NCBI GenBank assembly: GCA_036278255.1
Contig: DASULK010000273.1
Coordinates: forward strand, 1-21,393
Direction of reading: 5' to 3'
DNA length: 21,393 bases
From: Micromonospora sp.
GTDB taxonomy: Bacteria; Actinomycetota; Actinomycetes; Mycobacteriales; Micromonosporaceae
Shown here: piece after piece, positions 16,735 to 21,393 of the stretch
How the letters are laid out: every line of letters starts with the position of its first letter
How positions within the stretch are numbered: the first letter of the stretch is position 1
Made by a program: the position numbers and the translations under genes
Notes under the pieces: model-generated
The model's input: only the letters and a program-made list of their open reading frames with translations
The model's database searches: none
What the model was told of the DNA's origin: nothing

Positions 16735-17274
16735 TTAAACCACTAGGCCGAGGTCAGCCAACGTATAGGCGGCTCGGTAGGGTAGACCGGCGGCGCGCAC
16801 CGCGTCGCCAGCACCTCGATCAACAATAACCGCCACACCCACCACCTCGGCTCCGGCCTCGCGCAATGCCTCCACTGCGGTCAGCGCACTTCCCCCGGTG
16901 GTCGAGGTGTCTTCCACCACCAGTACCCGGCGACCGGATACGTCCGGGCCCTCGATCCGGCGCTGCAAGCCATGCACTTTTTCAGTTTTCCGTACGACGA
17001 ACGCGTCCAGTCGACGATCTGCGGAAGCTGCCGCGTACAGCATCGACAGGGCCACCGGGTCGGCCCCCAGCGTCAGTCCGCCGACCGCGTCGTACTCCCA
17101 GTCGGCCGTCAGGTCGAGCATCACCGAGCCGACGAGCGGTGCGGCAGCGTGATGGAGCGTCACGCGCCGCAGATCGACGTACCAGTCCGCTTCGCGCCCG
17201 GAGGACAGCACCACCCGACCGTGCACCACGGCGAGTTCAACGATGAATTTACGCAGGTCGTCGCGGTTGCCCAT
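16735..17274 (-). CDS. pyrE: Orotate phosphoribosyltransferase.
   Basis: The protein is 179 aa, with VVLSSGREADWYVDLRRV and the PRPP-binding motif VLVVEDTSTTGGS. Confidence 0.9.
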   Translation of the reverse strand: MGNRDDLRKFIVELAVVHGRVVLSSGREADWYVDLRRVTLHHAAAPLVGSVMLDLTADWEYDAVGGLTLGADPVALSMLYAAASADRRLDAFVVRKTEKVHGLQRRIEGPDVSGRRVLVVEDTSTTGGSALTAVEALREAGAEVVGVAVIVDRGAGDAVRAAGLPYRAAYTLADLGLVV

Positions 17275-17369
17275 GGCGAAAAGACTACTGTGCGATCCGG
17301 GATCGCCAACCCTCGACCCGTCAGAATTCTCAACAGGAGACGCTACGAAGTCCGCCAGAGAGCGGCTAT

Positions 17370-17388
17370 TGACTACGGTGCGTAGTCA
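17370..17388. promoter_or_regulatory. 19-bp palindrome TGACTACG-gtg-CGTAGTCA ~100 nt upstream of pyrE. It is a candidate operator.
   Basis: It has 8-bp perfect inverted arms and is AT-balanced, unlike the GC-rich terminator stems elsewhere in this window. It lies in the 202-bp gap between the SDR stop (17477) and the pyrE start (17274). A 10-bp palindrome CGGCATGCCG is nearby at ~17408..17417. Confidence 0.3.
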
Positions 17389-17476
17389 CAAATCGGTGGC
17401 CGGAGCGCGGCATGCCGGATCCTCGGGGCGGGTCGGCCCTCAGTGTCGACGGGAGACGGTCGGGGGCAACTGCGGG

Positions 17477-18274
17477 TCAGCGGTCGTCGCGGCCGATGCG
17501 GCCCCGGGTGTCGCGGGCGACCGCGTGCAGCAGGGCACGCGGCAGGTGCCGCAGGCCGAAGACAACGATCTTGTATTTCCAGTTCGGAACGCTGATCTGC
17601 TTGCCTTTCCGCAGGTCACGCAGGGCGTCACGCACCACTTCGTCGGCTGAGAGCCACATCCACTCCGGGGTTTTCGACATGTTGATGCCGGCCCGTTGGT
17701 GGAATTCGGTACGGGTGTAGCCGGGGCAGAGAGCCATCACCCGTACCCCGGAGGGGCGCACCGACTGGCCCACCGAGTCGCTGAAGTTGATGACCCAGGC
17801 CTTGCTGGCGGAGTAGGTCGAGCCGGGCATGACCGCGCCGAAGCCGGCCACGGAAGAGACATTAATCACTGCCCCCTCGCCCCTCTCTACCATTTGGGGC
17901 AAAACCGCCAGCGTCATCCGCATGACAGCGTGGACGTTGAGCCGCAGCAAACGCGCCTCGTCCTGCACCGTGGACCGCAGAAACGGCCGGTTGAGGCTGA
18001 TCCCGGCGTTGTTGACCAGCAGGTCCACCCGGTCGCCCAGCCGCTTCTCCACCACCGCGCAGCCCTCCTCCGTGGACAGATCGGCGGGCAGGGCCTCCAC
18101 GGTCGTGCCGTGACGGCCGGTCAACTCGGCCGCGAACTCGGACAGTCGCTCAGCGTCCCGGGCCACTAGGACGAGGGCATAACCGTCAGCGGCGAGCCGG
18201 CGGGCGAAGGCGGCACCGATGCCGGCGGTGGCGCCGGTGATCAGTGCGGTACGACGGTCGGCGGTGGCTGCCAC
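17477..18274 (-). CDS. Short-chain dehydrogenase/reductase (SDR) family oxidoreductase.
   Basis: It has the Rossmann motif [15 protein letters not shown], and the catalytic YSASK (YxxxK). The start is taken as GTG 18274..18272 ([14 protein letters not shown]...), with GAGG ~10 nt upstream. That places it 11 nt after the stop of the upstream gene (18286). The ORF track's 60-aa extension overlaps that gene and is rejected. Confidence 0.85.
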   Translation of the reverse strand: MAATADRRTALITGATAGIGAAFARRLAADGYALVLVARDAERLSEFAAELTGRHGTTVEALPADLSTEEGCAVVEKRLGDRVDLLVNNAGISLNRPFLRSTVQDEARLLRLNVHAVMRMTLAVLPQMVERGEGAVINVSSVAGFGAVMPGSTYSASKAWVINFSDSVGQSVRPSGVRVMALCPGYTRTEFHQRAGINMSKTPEWMWLSADEVVRDALRDLRKGKQISVPNWKYKIVVFGLRHLPRALLHAVARDTRGRIGRDDR

Positions 18275-18285
18275 GGGTGGATACC

Positions 18286-18906
18286 TCACAGTGGGGGCGG
18301 GGGTGCCATGTGCGGTGGCATCGGCGGACGCCACCCCGCCGGTGGCCGCCGGCGGAAGAAGGCATTCGTCGCTGGCATCGCCAGCAGAACAGCTACCACA
18401 AGGTAACCGAAAGCCTGTGCCGCGGAAAGGGCGCCGCTGAGCGGGATCCACCACGAGGGGTACGCCTCGGTGAGCGCCCGGATCAGCTCCGCCAGCTCCG
18501 GATTCTCACCCTGTCGCACCAACGGCACCATCCGCTGCAAGACCACGACACCGAGCGAGCAGGATCCGCAGATGAGCCCCAGCCCGGAGATGACCCAGGT
18601 GGCGATCCGGACCGCGTTACTGCCCTGCAGGATCCCGATCGCCAACAAGAGCAGCAGCAGCGCCACCATGACGCCGAAGAGTAGGGCGATGATCGTGGTG
18701 CTGCGGACCGAGACGATCAGGGCCTCGATGTCGGCTTGCCGGGCGTCGGTCCGGGCCGCCGCAGCCCGGAAGCGGTCCACGATTCCGTTCAGACTCGACA
18801 GGCTGACGACCGCGTAGATCAGCCCGACCAGTGCCATCAGGATCATCAGGCTGGCCGCGGCGGTGACGGTGGTCGGGCGGCGGCGCGTGACAGGTGGGTA
18901 CGACAA
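18286..18906 (-). CDS. Hypothetical 4-TM membrane protein with a Pro-rich C-terminus. It is a paralog of the gene at 18981..19778.
   Basis: The protein is 206 aa. The start is TTG 18906, with GGGGGGA 6 nt upstream. The TM helices are [64 protein letters not shown] and [25 protein letters not shown]. The tail is ...[24 protein letters not shown]. Blocks are shared with the neighbouring gene (R[IV][AV]TWV[IL]GG[IL]...C[GC]S.SLG and ...LP..Y.P.....[ST]....L...[VA]L[IL]LA.PA[ST]N.FFR). Confidence 0.6.
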   Translation of the reverse strand: MSYPPVTRRRPTTVTAAASLMILMALVGLIYAVVSLSSLNGIVDRFRAAAARTDARQADIEALIVSVRSTTIIALLFGVMVALLLLLLAIGILQGSNAVRIATWVISGLGLICGSCSLGVVVLQRMVPLVRQGENPELAELIRALTEAYPSWWIPLSGALSAAQAFGYLVVAVLLAMPATNAFFRRRPPAGWRPPMPPHMAPPPPL

Positions 18907-18980
18907 CGGAAATCCCCCCGGGTAGTGCGTCGGCTAGCAACCTACTCCGGGGGGATAGCGCCTGTCGTCTGGTTCGCGCG

Positions 18981-19778
18981 TCAGCTCGCCGGTGGCGGCG
19001 GAGGCGGCGGAGGCGGGCTGGACGGACCCGTCGGTGGAGGCGGCGGCATCTGCGGCGGCCCGGACGGACCCGTCGGCGGAGCCGGCGGCTGCGGATATCC
19101 GGGGTAGGGCGCGCCCGGCGCCGGCGGGACCGAGGGGCCGGACGGCGGGGTCGGTGGGTAGGCCGGGTAGGTCGATCCCGGCACCGGCGGCTCCCAGGCC
19201 GCCGCCTGCGGCTTACGGAAGAACTCGTTGGAGGCGGGCAGTGCCAGCAGGATCAGCGCCACCAAGAGCGCGATCAGCGAAAGTACAGTGCTGACGGTGG
19301 TGACCGGCATGTACCAGCCCGGCAGCCGCTCCTCCAGCATCCGCTGAATCTCGGCCGGATCGGGACCATTGGGATCCGGGCTACCGCCCGCACCGAGGGC
19401 ACCACCGGCAGCCTGCCCGACCAGGCTGAATCCGCTGCAGCAGAGGAAAATGCCGCCGAGCACCCAGGTCACGATGCGGGAGGGGTTCTTGCCCCGGTTG
19501 TTGAAGATGGCGAGGACCACGAGCCCGATGGCCGTAAGAGCCCCGATCACCGCTACGGCGATCGTCGAAATCACGCCGATCATTCCGCCCGCGTCCGCCA
19601 ATTCGGTGCCGGCGAACGCCTCCTCGTAGACCTCGCCGATGGTCCCGGACACGGCCAACGCCGCGATCAACCCAACCACCTGAAGAGCGGCGACGAGATA
19701 GAGCAGATAACTGGAGATGGTCACGCTGTTCGGACGTGATGGGGCCGCCGGGGCGACCGGATTCATCGGATCGGACAC
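18981..19778 (-). CDS. Hypothetical 4-TM membrane protein with a long polyproline C-terminal tail. It is a paralog of the gene at 18286..18906.
   Basis: The protein is 265 aa. The start is GTG 19778, with AAGGGGAG just upstream. It has the same TM topology as its neighbour. The C-terminal ~85 aa is Pro-rich (PPVPGSTYPAYPPTPPSGPSVPPAPGAPYPGYPQPPAPPTGPSGPPQMPPPPPTGPSSPPPPPPPPPAS). Confidence 0.65.
   Translation of the reverse strand: MSDPMNPVAPAAPSRPNSVTISSYLLYLVAALQVVGLIAALAVSGTIGEVYEEAFAGTELADAGGMIGVISTIAVAVIGALTAIGLVVLAIFNNRGKNPSRIVTWVLGGIFLCCSGFSLVGQAAGGALGAGGSPDPNGPDPAEIQRMLEERLPGWYMPVTTVSTVLSLIALLVALILLALPASNEFFRKPQAAAWEPPVPGSTYPAYPPTPPSGPSVPPAPGAPYPGYPQPPAPPTGPSGPPQMPPPPPTGPSSPPPPPPPPPAS
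19018..19089. repeat. Intragenic tandem direct repeat of ~42 bp, c(t/c)GGACGGACCCGTCGG(t/c)GGAG(g/c)CGGCGGC x2, encoding repeated PPTGPS(G/S)PP units in the Pro-rich tail.
   Basis: Read from the sequence. The two copies are ~90% identical and lie 42 nt apart inside the 3' end of the 18981..19778 gene. Confidence 0.55.
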
Positions 19779-19845
19779 ATTCTCCCCTTCCCTGAGTTCC
19801 GCTCACGGTACAGGCCCTCAACCACAGGCGTCTCGACCCCACCGG

Positions 19846-21393
19846 TCAGTAATTGCGCCACTCCGTTCGGGAATATTCCAGCACTCGGGGGTGCAGCAGC
19901 GTCGACGCGTGCACCTCAACCCGGCGTCGGTCGGCGGGGAAGATGGCGGCGGCCCGCAACGTGTCGGCGTCGAGAAACCGTAGCGGCGGCGCGTCGACCG
20001 GCAGCGCCAACTCGGGTGGGATCGGGCCCGGAGCGGCCAGAACAAAACCCCAATCACCGAAGGAGGGCACCTCCACGTGGTAGGGGCGGGTGACGAAGCC
20101 GGCGGTGGAGATGGTCTTCTCGATACACCAGAACGAGTGGGGCGCGAAGTACGGCGATCCGGACTGGACCACCAGCCGCGCCCCGTCCGCCAGCACGGCC
20201 CCGACCAGGGTGTAGAACTCGACCGAGTAGAGCTTGGCGGTCGCGGTTTCGTCCGGGTCGGGCAGGTCGGCTATGACCACATCGAACCGTTCAGCGACGG
20301 TGCGCAGCCAGGAGAAGGCGTCGGCGTGCACCAGCCGGACGCGGGGGTCGTCGAAGGCGCCCCGGTTGAGGGCCCGCAGCTGCGGCTCGGTGCGGGCCAG
20401 CCGCACCACCGCGGGATCCAACTCCACCACCGTCACCGACGCCACGTCGGGGTAGCGGAGCACCTCCCGTACGGCCAGGCCGTCGCCGGCGCCGAGGATC
20501 AGCACCCGGGCGCGGGGGCCGGTGAGCGCCGGGTGCACCAACGTCTCGTGGTAGCGGTATTCGTCGACCGAGCTGAACTGCAGGTCACCGTTGAGGTAGA
20601 GACGCAGGTCGGCGTCGCCACGGGTGGGCAGTAGCGCCGACCGGGTCAGCACGATCTCCTGGTACCGGCTCCGTTCGGCGTGCACCACCGGGTCACGGTA
20701 GAGCCGCTGCCGGGCGCTCACCTCGAAGTCGTGGGCCACCGCGTAGGCGTACCCGAGCAGGAGGGCGACCACGACGGTGCCGGCGGTCAGTGCCGCCCGC
20801 CACTGTGCATTCAGGTCCCGTCGGAACAGGGTGAAGACCAGCGCGAGTCCGGCGAGCGCGTTGACCGCTCCGACGACAAGGGCACCGCGGAGCTGGCCGA
20901 AGAGCGGCATCAGCAGAAAAGGAAAGGCCAGGCCGCCTAGCAGCGCGCCCACGTAGTCGGCGGCGAAGAGGTCCGCCACCGCGCTGGCGGCCGCCTGGGC
21001 TCGGATGCGCTGCAGTAGCACCATCAGCAGCGGGATCTCCGCACCGATCAGTACCCCCAGCACGAAGGCGGTGACGATCAGCGCGGGCCCGTAGAGGTCG
21101 AGCCAGGCGAAGGCGGCGTACAGCCCGAGGACCGAGAGGCCGCCGAGCAGGGCGAGCGCCAGTTCGATGACGGCGAACGCGGTAACGGCCCGCGACTGCA
21201 GCGGTTTGGTGGCCAGCGCCCCGAGGCCCATTGCGAAGACCATGACGCCGAGCACGATGGAGGCTTGGCTGACCGTGTCGCCGATCAGGTAGCTGCCGAG
21301 CGCGACGAGGGCCAGTTCGTAGACGAGGCCGCAGGCGGCGCAGACGAAGACGGCGAGCAGCACCGCGGCGCGGGAGAGCCGCCGCGTCGGTGC
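19846..21393 (-). CDS. speE: Polyamine aminopropyltransferase (spermidine-synthase-like) fused to an N-terminal polytopic membrane domain. It is 5'-partial because the frame is open to the window edge.
   Basis: The N-terminal ~200 aa consist of multiple TM helices. The C-terminal domain has the aminopropyltransferase motifs VLILGAGDGLAVREVL, VTVVELDPAVV and ADLPDPD. The listed GTG at 21363 is preceded in frame by ...APTRRLSRAA with no stop before the edge, so the true start may lie beyond 21393. Confidence 0.85.
   Translation of the reverse strand, partial: APTRRLSRAAVLLAVFVCAACGLVYELALVALGSYLIGDTVSQASIVLGVMVFAMGLGALATKPLQSRAVTAFAVIELALALLGGLSVLGLYAAFAWLDLYGPALIVTAFVLGVLIGAEIPLLMVLLQRIRAQAAASAVADLFAADYVGALLGGLAFPFLLMPLFGQLRGALVVGAVNALAGLALVFTLFRRDLNAQWRAALTAGTVVVALLLGYAYAVAHDFEVSARQRLYRDPVVHAERSRYQEIVLTRSALLPTRGDADLRLYLNGDLQFSSVDEYRYHETLVHPALTGPRARVLILGAGDGLAVREVLRYPDVASVTVVELDPAVVRLARTEPQLRALNRGAFDDPRVRLVHADAFSWLRTVAERFDVVIADLPDPDETATAKLYSVEFYTLVGAVLADGARLVVQSGSPYFAPHSFWCIEKTISTAGFVTRPYHVEVPSFGDWGFVLAAPGPIPPELALPVDAPPLRFLDADTLRAAAIFPADRRRVEVHASTLLHPRVLEYSRTEWRNY

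Noticed and set aside
18275-18454. 60-aa N-terminal extension of the SDR ORF.
   Set aside because: It overlaps the 3' end of the upstream membrane-protein gene. The SDR Rossmann motif follows GTG 18274, which has a GAGG RBS. SDRs start ~5-10 aa before TGxxxGIG.
18894-19842. 281-aa plus-strand ORF (Arg-rich) and minus-strand ORF 19381..19842.
   Set aside because: Poly-Arg reading of the antisense of the polyproline-tail coding region (CCG/CGG repeats). The minus-strand ORF is off-frame relative to the membrane-protein gene.

Overview
This is a ~72% GC actinobacterial chromosomal segment, Micromonosporaceae-like, dominated by core metabolism: purD, purA, fbaA, pyrE and a membrane-fused spermidine-synthase homolog, interleaved with less-characterised genes. 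The dominant analytic hazard is the long GC3-aligned antisense 'shadow' ORFs typical of high-GC DNA. Most long ORFs in the track that overlap a recognisable gene on the other strand are artefacts.

Conversely, the ORF track misses a large real gene that runs off the left edge. It lies on the minus strand at 1..~2762, is over 915 codons long, and has no stop codon inside the window. It is translationally coupled to an NfeD to flotillin (SPFH) pair, forming a three-gene minus-strand operon: NfeD, then flotillin, then a large beta-rich plus coiled-coil protein.

Other notable items:
- A ParA/MinD-type ATPase with a ~230-aa proline-rich disordered N-terminus.
- A degenerate diacylglycerol-kinase-like protein transcribed divergently from purA.
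- An LPXTG-anchored surface protein that lacks any start codon or signal peptide and looks 5'-decayed.
- A tandem pair of paralogous 4-TM membrane proteins with polyproline tails, sitting between the TM-fused spermidine synthase and an SDR.
- An orphan ArsR-type regulator directly behind pyrE.
- A conspicuous AT-rich ~60-bp palindromic element between purA and purD.
- Several perfect-stem hairpins at gene junctions.

No rRNA, tRNA, CRISPR or transposase signatures were seen.
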